From the NCBI GenBank assembly GCA_965203555.1, contig CBDBCY010000004.1:992001-1056000 (forward strand): a stretch of DNA of 64,000 nt, written 5' to 3'. The notes beneath the pieces were generated by a model. The model was given only the letters and a program-made list of their open reading frames with translations, was not told where the DNA came from and ran no database searches. The translations under genes and the position numbers were made by a program. Positions 1 to 7,680 of the stretch are shown here, piece after piece; the first letter of the stretch is position 1; each line of letters begins with the position of its first letter. The stretch is from Acidimicrobiia bacterium (GTDB lineage: Bacteria > Actinomycetota > Acidimicrobiia > Spongiisociales > ZC4RG35).

Positions 1-391
1 CCACGGTCCAGGCCAAAACCCCGAAGCCCAGCGTGACGATCGCCAATTCGAGTCCGCGGGTCCTGCGCAGAGCGACATAGCCGATCAAAAGACCCACCAG
101 GCCGGCGGCCGCCGGCGCAGCCAGGAAACCTATCCATGGGGAGATCCCCAGGTCCAGGGCCAGTTTGGCCGAGACATAGGCGCCGAACCCCCAGAACGCG
201 GCATGTCCGAAGGAGAACTGCCCCATCTCGCCCATGATGTAATCAAGGCTGAGTCCCGCCACCGCATAGATCACGATCAACACCAACAGTCCCCGGTTGT
301 AGGCGTTGGTAAAGAGAAACAACGGCACCAGCAGGGTCACCAGCAGCGCCGGGGCGCCCAACCAGAAACCGGAAGGCACTTTCAGCCTCAC
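1..391 (-). CDS. livM: branched-chain amino acid ABC transporter permease LivM-type (partial, runs off window start)
   Basis: Manual translation from GTG at 391 gives ...LIVIYAVAGLSLDYIMGEMGQFSFGHAAFWGFGAY, the LivM G-x-S-x-GHAAF signature; starts immediately after the livH stop. Confidence 0.85.
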   Translation of the reverse strand, partial: MRLKVPSGFWLGAPALLVTLLVPLFLFTNAYNRGLLVLIVIYAVAGLSLDYIMGEMGQFSFGHAAFWGFGAYVSAKLALDLGISPWIGFLAAPAAAGLVGLLIGYVALRRTRGLELAIVTLGFGVLAWTV

Positions 392-392
392 G

Positions 393-1256
393 TCACTTCC
401 TCCCGAACAGGCCCTGGGGGCGAAGCAGCAGGACGACGATCATCACCACGTACAGGTATCCCTGGCGGTAGTAGGTGGAGATGAACTGGCCGAACAACGC
501 CTCGGTAACACCCATGAACAGCCCCACCGCCACCGCTCCCGCCACATTCCCCATCCCGGCGACTATCACCACCGCAAAACCGGTGATGAGCAGAGGTTGT
601 CCCAGGTTGGGGGATGCAGACGAAACCAGGACTATCAACACTCCGGCCAGGGCCGCCAATCCCGATGCGACTATCAGGGTGGTGTCATAGATGGCGGTGG
701 TATTGATCCCTATCAGGCGGGCGCCCAGCAGGTTCTGGCCGGTGGCTCGGGTCTTCTTGCCCAGCTTGGTGTGGGTGAGCATGAGATACAACCCCAGGAC
801 CGCCGCAAAGCACACCCCCACCAGCAACAGGCTGGCGGTGGTGATGTACACCCCTCCCACCTGGAGAATTTCATTGAATGGCTCCTCCACCCCCTTGGGC
901 CCGGATCCCCACACCACAAGACTGCCGTTCAGCAACATGAAACTGAGAGCCACGGTCGAGAGGATCACCACCAATTCGGAGTGTCCCAGGAACGGGCGGA
1001 CCGTGACTCGGTTTACGAGAAAGCCGGCCAGGGCCATGACCAACACCACCACGGCAGCGCCCGCGAAGTAACCCAGCCCCACCACATTGGTGACCGTGTA
1101 CAACAACATGGCCCCCAGCATGGTCAGCTCGCCATGCGCCATGTTGATCACCCTCATGACTCCGAACACCAGGCTCAACCCTGCCGCGAATATCACGTAG
1201 ATCGAGCCGTTCAGAAGCCCGTTCCACAGTTGCTGGCCGATGACATCCCAACTCAT
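393..1256 (-). CDS. livH: branched-chain amino acid ABC transporter permease LivH-type
   Basis: QQLWNGLLNGSIY...GLSLVFGVMRVINMAHGEL...LLLRPQGLFG; ATG at 1256 with a GGAGG RBS upstream. Confidence 0.9.
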   Translation of the reverse strand: MSWDVIGQQLWNGLLNGSIYVIFAAGLSLVFGVMRVINMAHGELTMLGAMLLYTVTNVVGLGYFAGAAVVVLVMALAGFLVNRVTVRPFLGHSELVVILSTVALSFMLLNGSLVVWGSGPKGVEEPFNEILQVGGVYITTASLLLVGVCFAAVLGLYLMLTHTKLGKKTRATGQNLLGARLIGINTTAIYDTTLIVASGLAALAGVLIVLVSSASPNLGQPLLITGFAVVIVAGMGNVAGAVAVGLFMGVTEALFGQFISTYYRQGYLYVVMIVVLLLRPQGLFGRK

Positions 1257-1311
1257 CCGCCGGACCTCCCTGGGATGCCGACCAATCCGGATTGAAACCA
1301 CCGAATCATGG

Positions 1312-2112
1312 CTAGCCGTAGATCGGGACCCGGTTGTCGAAGCGTATTGCCGAAATCTCCCCGCTGATCCTGTCCACGAAGGACCTGAGGATCGGACCGT
1401 ATGTGTTCTCCAGCGTTTCGATGTCAGCCCGCGTGGCAAGGGTGGCCACCCCCACGGCCCCTATCACGTCGGTCCCGTGAAACACCGGGGCGGACACCGA
1501 TCTCAACCCCTCCGTCAGTTCCTGGTCGTTCAATGCGATCCCCTTGATCCGCGCCTCCTCCAGTTGCCCCCGGTAGTCATCGGCCCCGGTAACCGTGGTG
1601 ATGGTCCTCGGCTCGAACTCCATCTGGTTCAGCACCGCCTCCACGTCGTCGGGCGGCATGGCCGAGAGAATGGCCTTGCCCAATGAACTCAGATGGGCGG
1701 GCAGCCGACTGCCCACTTGAAGATTGATTGTGATGATGTCGTCGCGGTGACGTCTGGCCATGTAGATGACCTCGGCCCCCTCCAGCACGCCGTAATTGAC
1801 AGCCGTGGCCTCCGGCAATGCCAGGCTGATCTCATCCAGGTAGGGGCGGATGTGCTCCACGAACTCCCTTGACTCCACCGCGGCCACCCCCAGCCTCAGC
1901 ACCTTCTTGGAAGGCCGGTAGAGTCGCTCCGTTCTGCTTATGTATCCCAACTCTTCCAAAGCACCGGTTAGTCGGTAGACGCTCGCCCGGCTGATCTGGG
2001 TGCGCCGTGCGATGTCGGCCACCGAAAGCGCCGGGGACTTCTCGTCAAAGGCGGACAGAATCTGCAGACCCTTGGAAAGAGACCCTCGCTGATGGCTGGG
2101 AACAGCCGTCAT
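1312..2112 (-). CDS. IclR family transcriptional regulator (PcaR/PobR-like)
   Basis: SLSKGLQILSAF HTH region, VGSRLPAHLSSLGKA, DQELTEGLRSVSAPV. Confidence 0.9.
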   Translation of the reverse strand: MTAVPSHQRGSLSKGLQILSAFDEKSPALSVADIARRTQISRASVYRLTGALEELGYISRTERLYRPSKKVLRLGVAAVESREFVEHIRPYLDEISLALPEATAVNYGVLEGAEVIYMARRHRDDIITINLQVGSRLPAHLSSLGKAILSAMPPDDVEAVLNQMEFEPRTITTVTGADDYRGQLEEARIKGIALNDQELTEGLRSVSAPVFHGTDVIGAVGVATLATRADIETLENTYGPILRSFVDRISGEISAIRFDNRVPIYG

Positions 2113-2127
2113 CCGGAGTCGGCGAGT

Positions 2128-2457
2128 CTATTCGACAACGAACTCGTCCTCCTCGACGATCACGAACACCGAATCTTGGGTCTTGGCGCCCATGAAGTTC
2201 TTCTCGTCAGCCAGCAGCGCGGCATACTCGGGAGAATCGGCCGTGGCCAGAAAGTCCTCCACGCTGTCGTACCACACCTCCGCCACTCCGTCGCAAGGGG
2301 CCTGCCGCCCCGGTACTTCCAAGGGTCGGCATTGAACGTAGCGGCGCACCCTGGGCATGGCCAGCACCAGGGGCGCATGGACATTCTTCCAGTGTTCATG
2401 GAATTGTTCACTGGTCAGGTCGGACCTCCTGGTGAGAATGGTTACTGTCTTGATCAT
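2128..2457 (-). CDS. EthD family protein
   Basis: EQFHEHWKNVHAPL...RRYVQ...DGVAEVWYDS...ADEKNF. Confidence 0.85.
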   Translation of the reverse strand: MIKTVTILTRRSDLTSEQFHEHWKNVHAPLVLAMPRVRRYVQCRPLEVPGRQAPCDGVAEVWYDSVEDFLATADSPEYAALLADEKNFMGAKTQDSVFVIVEEDEFVVE

Positions 2458-2512
2458 CTTCCACTCCCCCGAGGGAGGCTCGGGTCACCGGGAAGACGGC
2501 GCCGGAAAAGGA

Positions 2513-2917
2513 TCATCCGTCTTCGTCCACCACTGCCACCGCCTCGATGTCTATCAGGGCGTGGTGAATCAGTTCGGCGACCACCACCGTCACCCGAGCC
2601 GGCTGTCGATCGGGGAAATACCGGGCATACACGGGCTCGTACCGGTGGTAGTGGTCGTGATCGATCAGATACACCCTGGTCAAGACCACATCGCTCATCT
2701 TGGCGCCGGCTCTTTCCAGGGCCCCCTTGAGATTCCCCAGGGCCAGTTCGGCCTGCTCCTCCAGGGTCTCCGCCAGAGCCCCGGTCCTCTTGTCCCAGCC
2801 CAGTTGCCCCGTAACCCATAGGGTGTTACCCGCCCGCACAACATCGTTCCACCGGCTCTTCGACCCGATGGCTTGGAAGAGTTCCTCCTCAACCGGGACG
2901 AACACTCTCTCCACCAT
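2513..2917 (-). CDS. RidA/Rid family (YjgF/YER057c) protein
   Basis: VRAGNTLWVTGQ...EEQAELALGNL...PARVTVVVAEL...LIDIEAVA. Confidence 0.88.
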   Translation of the reverse strand: MVERVFVPVEEELFQAIGSKSRWNDVVRAGNTLWVTGQLGWDKRTGALAETLEEQAELALGNLKGALERAGAKMSDVVLTRVYLIDHDHYHRYEPVYARYFPDRQPARVTVVVAELIHHALIDIEAVAVVDEDG

Positions 2918-2945
2918 CTGCCCAGCCTCCTTCCTCGGTCAATAG

Positions 2946-2990
2946 GATGTATCGGTCCGGCCCTGAGTCAAGGGCGCAGACCGATACATC
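2946..2990. terminator. intergenic stem-loop (terminator or mRNA-stabilising hairpin) after the binding-protein gene
   Basis: Perfect 12-bp inverted repeat GATGTATCGGTC/GACCGATACATC plus an inner GCCCT/AGGGC stem. Confidence 0.6.
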
Positions 2991-3011
2991 AAAGTATGGG
3001 ATTAGTTTCGT

Positions 3012-4256
3012 CTACCCGGCGAGCGGAACGGCGTCAACGGGTTGCAGGACGCCGCCAGTCGACTGAATTATGATCCAGTCGTCAACCAGTCGGAGTCCCT
3101 TGTCGTTGAAGCGCAACGGCTTACCGCGAGGAGTGACGAACCCATGCTCGTCATTCATCAGGGGAGCAACCGCCGAATACTCGGTCGTTCCGGCCGCCTC
3201 GATTGCCGCCATCAACTGCAGGGCAGCCGTGTAGCCCAACTCCGACCACCAGTCCGGAGCGGATCCGAACTCGGCCTCATAAGCCTCCGAGAAGGCGGCC
3301 GCCTCGGGAATGGACTCGTCCAGAATCCACCCGGTGGAACTGTAAATGCCTTCGGAGAGATCACCCAGGGCTTCCACTTCCGGCGGGGTGTAAACGACCT
3401 CGTTGACCATGATGTCACCCTCGTAGCCGATTTCGCGAGCGGCCTGGACGGCGTTGACCACCACGTCCTTACCCCACAGACCGAGATACAGAAGATCCGG
3501 ATCGTTGCCGACGCCCTTGGTGACTTCCACCCGGGCTTCAGCTGTTCCATAGGGGAAGTAAATCATCCCGGTGTACTCGAAGTCAGCCGGGGCTTCCTCT
3601 GCGAAAATACGGGTGAATTCATCGTTGGTGAGCAACACCCAATCCGAATCCACTCCTACACCCTGGACCCGCTTGTATCCCTGCTTGATCATCCACCGGG
3701 CCAGCACTGAGAGTGCGTTGCTGTCCGACTGGGTTTGCTTGACCGGAGCGCGGATGTGCACTGCGCCGTCATAGCCCTCGGTGGTAATCAACTCCGAGCC
3801 GCAGGCAGTCACCACCAGCGGGACACTTTCCTCCTTGAACACATCCTTCATCGCCACACAGGTCGTGGCATCGTTGCCGCCGGCAACGCCCGCCACTCCG
3901 TCGGCGATGGCCTTGCGAGCCGAAGCCACCGATTCATCAGCCGAATAGCCTTCGTCATAGTGGACAACCTCGACCTGGCGTCCCAGTAGGCCGCCCGCCT
4001 CGTTCTGCTGCATCACGGCCAACTCGAACCCGTTGCGCATGATGTCGCCCAAACCGACCGCCGTTCCCGAGTTGAACCAGACGGTTCCCAGCTTGATGGG
4101 CTCTGCCGGTTCGGGCGCCGCGGTGGTGGTTGGAGCCGCGGTGGTGGGAGCCGCCGTGGTCTCGGCCGCTTCTTCTCCGTCACCACAAGCAGTGGCGACC
4201 AGAGCCAGGACGGACAGCACCACTGCCACTCGTACCCAAGATCTACGTTTACTCAT
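3012..4256 (-). CDS. ABC transporter substrate-binding lipoprotein (LivJ/Peripla_BP_6 type)
   Basis: Lipobox ATAC, TTAAP linker, N-x-AGGLLGRQVEVVHYDE; heads the liv-type operon. Confidence 0.88.
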   Translation of the reverse strand: MSKRRSWVRVAVVLSVLALVATACGDGEEAAETTAAPTTAAPTTTAAPEPAEPIKLGTVWFNSGTAVGLGDIMRNGFELAVMQQNEAGGLLGRQVEVVHYDEGYSADESVASARKAIADGVAGVAGGNDATTCVAMKDVFKEESVPLVVTACGSELITTEGYDGAVHIRAPVKQTQSDSNALSVLARWMIKQGYKRVQGVGVDSDWVLLTNDEFTRIFAEEAPADFEYTGMIYFPYGTAEARVEVTKGVGNDPDLLYLGLWGKDVVVNAVQAAREIGYEGDIMVNEVVYTPPEVEALGDLSEGIYSSTGWILDESIPEAAAFSEAYEAEFGSAPDWWSELGYTAALQLMAAIEAAGTTEYSAVAPLMNDEHGFVTPRGKPLRFNDKGLRLVDDWIIIQSTGGVLQPVDAVPLAG

Positions 4257-4407
4257 TTGCCTGCCTTCTCCTTCCGAACCCATACCTCCCCAAAGAGGAT
4301 GGGCATAGAGTCACGCTGCTTCACTTTGTAGGTCATCTCGACCCGCGTACCTCCACCTGACATCGTCTGGGGCCACCCCGGTCAAAATGCCCGTTTACCG
4401 GAATCTT

Positions 4408-4424
4408 TATCCGATATACGGACG
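4408..4424. promoter_or_regulatory. candidate IclR (PcaR/PobR-type) operator
   Basis: Palindrome TCCG-ATATA-CGGA upstream of the operon that encodes a PcaR-like regulator; resembles PobR/PcaU-type boxes. Confidence 0.45.
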
Positions 4425-4586
4425 CTAGTAAACCCAAACCCCGTCATGTCCAGAAAACGGAGACTTATTTCTGTATCCCGATTCGCCCGTCGAATCCGAC
4501 CGCGCCGCGTCGGTCGCTTCGGTTGCTGGGAGAAGGGGGTCAACCAGGCGGCAGAAGCCTTCATGCCCGGCGCCCGGGGCGAGGAC

Positions 4587-4994
4587 TCAGCGAACCTGAT
4601 CGAGGTTGTGGAGGCGAAGGCGACCCTGGGCAACCATCTTTCCATCGGAGGCCCGTGTGATCGTGACCTGCCAGATTTGCTGGCTGCGACCCTGGTGGAT
4701 TGGCACGGCCTCGCCGTCAAGGCGTCCGAATCGATGAGACCGAAAGAAGTCGGTGGCGTTGTGCACACCCACCGCCGCCATCATGCCATGTTCCTGCGCC
4801 CATATGAAGGCGCCCGTCGATGCCAGGGTTTCCACCATGGTGGTGTGCAGACCGGCGTTCACCATCCCGAACGGCTGATGATGTTCCTCCCCCACCTCGA
4901 CATGTCCTTTCACCATTGAAGAAGACGACTCGTCCAACACCAATCCGACCATCTCGGCGAACCCGCCACCTCTGCCCAACACGGATCGATCCAT
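4587..4994 (-). CDS. PaaI/hotdog-fold thioesterase (start could be 4952)
   Basis: HHQPFGMVNAGLHTTMVETLAS...VGVHNATDFFR...PIHQGRSQQIWQVTI. Confidence 0.85.
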   Translation of the reverse strand: MDRSVLGRGGGFAEMVGLVLDESSSSMVKGHVEVGEEHHQPFGMVNAGLHTTMVETLASTGAFIWAQEHGMMAAVGVHNATDFFRSHRFGRLDGEAVPIHQGRSQQIWQVTITRASDGKMVAQGRLRLHNLDQVR

Positions 4995-5027
4995 TTTCAG
5001 GCTGCCAACTCTACCGATGTCGAACTA

Positions 5028-5070
5028 TCGCCGATCCGTCCAACCCTTCAGGCGGCGGACCGCTTCGGCG
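5028..5070. repeat. 43-bp direct repeat, copy 1 (orphan copy of the aminotransferase 3' end, followed by an in-frame TAG at 5025-5027)
   Basis: TCGCCGATCCGTCCAACCCTTCAGGCGGCGGACCGCTTCGGCG is identical to 5803-5845. Confidence 0.95.
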
Positions 5071-5074
5071 CACG

Positions 5075-5467
5075 CTATCGATGTCGATCGCGACTACGGA
5101 CGCCGTAAACGAACACTCCGGCCCAGCCCACCAGATTCATCCCGACCATGGACACCCCGGCCCAATCATGACCTGTGGCCACAAGTACAATTCCTCCAAT
5201 GATGATCGACGCCGATAAGACAATTCCCGCCGCCAGTCGATAATTCGCCCTCTTGGACTCTGCCTCAGATTCAACCCGCTCTATTTGCAACCGGTCACTG
5301 ACCTGTCGTTCGAACATCGATGTCAAACGTTCCGGAAGATCAGGAACTACCTCCCCATACTCCTTGAGCATCTGTGGGGGAGGCAGAAGTCCCCAGGTAG
5401 CCGAGACGACCGTCGTCGTTTGCTGGACTGCGACTACGTCCTCAGGTTGGTTCGAAACCTCACTCAA
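5075..5467 (-). CDS. DUF2335-like small membrane protein
   Basis: GLLPPPQMLKEY...PDLPERLTSMFE motif followed by two hydrophobic helices. Confidence 0.75.
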   Translation of the reverse strand: MSEVSNQPEDVVAVQQTTTVVSATWGLLPPPQMLKEYGEVVPDLPERLTSMFERQVSDRLQIERVESEAESKRANYRLAAGIVLSASIIIGGIVLVATGHDWAGVSMVGMNLVGWAGVFVYGVRSRDRHR

Positions 5468-5753
5468 TTCGTCTCCCTGATTCGACTGTTTTCGTCCTCT
5501 CCATTTCCGCCACGAACTCGCTGGTGGCTATGCGGAAATCCTGAGAAATGATCTCCCAATCCCGGCAGATGATCTCCCAATCCCTCTGGAGCGCCTGCAT
5601 ATCCGCTTCTGTGGCCGAGTCAGACTGGTTGCGCCTGTCTCGTGTGCCCCAAAAACCCACGAGTCGGGACATCTCATCTGCGAGCCGCGCCATCTCTTCC
5701 AAAAAAGACCCCTTCGGCCGACGTGGAACGCGAACCGGCGCCCCCATTCGCAT
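5460..5753 (-). CDS. hypothetical protein, overlapping the start of the DUF2335-like gene
   Basis: ORF containing DMQALQRDWEIICRDWEIISQDF; purine-rich RBS before ATG 5753; 8-nt overlap with the next gene. Confidence 0.55.
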   Translation of the reverse strand: MRMGAPVRVPRRPKGSFLEEMARLADEMSRLVGFWGTRDRRNQSDSATEADMQALQRDWEIICRDWEIISQDFRIATSEFVAEMERTKTVESGRRIE

Positions 5754-5775
5754 GCTGCCCTTTCTCCCTGGCGTC

Positions 5776-6945
5776 TTATGACGCAATCATGGCCGCGGAG
5801 ACTCGCCGATCCGTCCAACCCTTCAGGCGGCGGACCGCTTCGGCGATGTCATCGGTGGACTCGGAGTAGGAAAACCGCACCCAGCGGTCGCCCTGCTCCG
5901 GATCGAAGTCGATTCCCGGGGTGGCCGCCACGCCTATCTCCTCCAGCCAGCGCGCGCACAGGGCTGGAGAGCCCATGCCCAGATGGGAGACATCGGCGTA
6001 CACGTAAAAGGCGCCGTCCGGAGGAGCGATCCGGGTGATTCCGGCTTCGGCCAAACCTGCCACCAGTATCTCACGGCTATCGGCGTAAGCGGCGACGTTG
6101 GCGTCCAACTCTTCTGCGCAGTCGAATGCCTCCAGGGCGCCCAACTGGGAGACGGTTGGAGGAGCGATGAAGAGATTCTGGGCCAGCCGTTCGAGCGGGC
6201 GGAACATCTCGGGGGGCGCCACCAGCCAGCCCAGCCGCCAGCCGGTCATCGAAAAGTACTTGGAGAAACTCTGGACCACCACTGCCGAGTCGCTGAATCC
6301 GAGTGCCGTCGCCGCCCGCTCCCCGTAGTCGATTCCGTGATAGATCTCATCGGAGATCAGCACGGCGCCGGTGTTCGAGCAGAAGTCAGCCACCTCTTTC
6401 ATCTCGTCGGCGGTCAGAGTCACTCCGGTGGGATTGGAAGGGCTTGCCACAACCAGCCCGTCCAAGGGACCCGCCATCTCCAGACGATCCACCGATGGGA
6501 CGAAGCGAGTTTCGGCATCCACCCTGACTTCCACCAGTTCCAGGCCCAGCGCGCTGAGAACATTGCGATAGGCCGAATACCCGGGGACGGTCATTGCCAC
6601 CCGGTCACCGGGATCGAACAGCGCCAGGCAAGCCAGGACAAAGCCGGCCGAAGCGCCGATTGTCATCACCACCCGTTCGTGCGACACGTTCAGTCCGTAC
6701 CGCTCCCCGTAGAAGCGCCCAATTCTCGCCCGGAGGGCCACCAGGCCGGTGGCGGCGGTGTAACCGAGCCGATCATCCGTCAAGCCTCTCCGGGCCGCCT
6801 CCCGGACGCGTGAAGGAGCGGGGGTCATCGGCTGGCCCACCTCCAAGTGAAGAACGTCGCCGCCCTCCACCTCTCGACGGGCGGCGGCCTTCATCACCTC
6901 CATCACATAGAAGGGAGGAATCTGGGAGCGGAGAGACTCCTTCAC
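5776..6945 (-). CDS. PLP-dependent aminotransferase class I/II (aspartate aminotransferase-like)
   Basis: LEVGQP, SPSNPTG, ISDEIYH, SFSKYFSMTGWRLGW. Confidence 0.93.
   Translation of the reverse strand: MKESLRSQIPPFYVMEVMKAAARREVEGGDVLHLEVGQPMTPAPSRVREAARRGLTDDRLGYTAATGLVALRARIGRFYGERYGLNVSHERVVMTIGASAGFVLACLALFDPGDRVAMTVPGYSAYRNVLSALGLELVEVRVDAETRFVPSVDRLEMAGPLDGLVVASPSNPTGVTLTADEMKEVADFCSNTGAVLISDEIYHGIDYGERAATALGFSDSAVVVQSFSKYFSMTGWRLGWLVAPPEMFRPLERLAQNLFIAPPTVSQLGALEAFDCAEELDANVAAYADSREILVAGLAEAGITRIAPPDGAFYVYADVSHLGMGSPALCARWLEEIGVAATPGIDFDPEQGDRWVRFSYSESTDDIAEAVRRLKGWTDRRVSAAMIAS
5803..5845. repeat. 43-bp direct repeat, copy 2 (inside the aminotransferase 3' end)
   Basis: Identical to 5028-5070. 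Confidence 0.95.
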
Positions 6946-6957
6946 CGATCGCCAGGT

Positions 6958-7620
6958 TTATCCGGTAGCTTTTTGAGCCTGGGCCGGAGTGCAGTAGGAA
7001 ACGCCGGTCCCACCGATGCCGCAGTATCCCCACGGGTTCTTGGACAGGTACTGCTGGTGGTAGTCCTCGGCGTAGTAGAAAGGCTTGTCCACACCGATTT
7101 CGGTGGTAACCCGGTCATAACCGCTGCGGTAAAGCTCTTTCTGGTAGGCCTCCAGGCTTGCCCAGACCGCCGGCAGTTGCTCTTCCCTGCTGACATAGAC
7201 CGCGGAGCGGTACTGGGTGCCGTAGTCATTGCCCTGCCTCATCCCCTGGGTGGGATCATGTCCCTCCCAAAAGACCTGCATGAGTTGGTCGAGACTGACT
7301 ACGTGAGGCCTGAACACCACCTGCACCACCTCGGTGTGTCCGGTCATGCCCGAACAGACCTCTTCATAAGTGGGATTGGGGGTGAACCCCCCTTGGTAGC
7401 CGGCCGCGGTGGAATACACCCCGTCGGTCTGCCAGAACATCCGTTCCGCTCCCCAAAAGCACCCCATGCCGAACCAGATGATCTCCGTTTCTTCGGGAAA
7501 CGGTGGAACGATCCGCGCTCCGGAAACATCGTGGAATTCAGGCACTGAAAGGGGGGTCCGCCTGCCGGCCAGAGCCTGATTCTCGCCGGGAAGACTATTG
7601 GGCTTTTTGCGCCATGACAT
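6958..7620 (-). CDS. msrA: peptide-methionine (S)-S-oxide reductase
   Basis: [46 protein letters not shown]. Confidence 0.96.
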   Translation of the reverse strand: MSWRKKPNSLPGENQALAGRRTPLSVPEFHDVSGARIVPPFPEETEIIWFGMGCFWGAERMFWQTDGVYSTAAGYQGGFTPNPTYEEVCSGMTGHTEVVQVVFRPHVVSLDQLMQVFWEGHDPTQGMRQGNDYGTQYRSAVYVSREEQLPAVWASLEAYQKELYRSGYDRVTTEIGVDKPFYYAEDYHQQYLSKNPWGYCGIGGTGVSYCTPAQAQKATG

Positions 7621-7680
7621 AGGCCGGAGGCTACCAGTTGCCGGTTCCGGGGGCAACAGAATATGTCAAAGGACGTGTGC

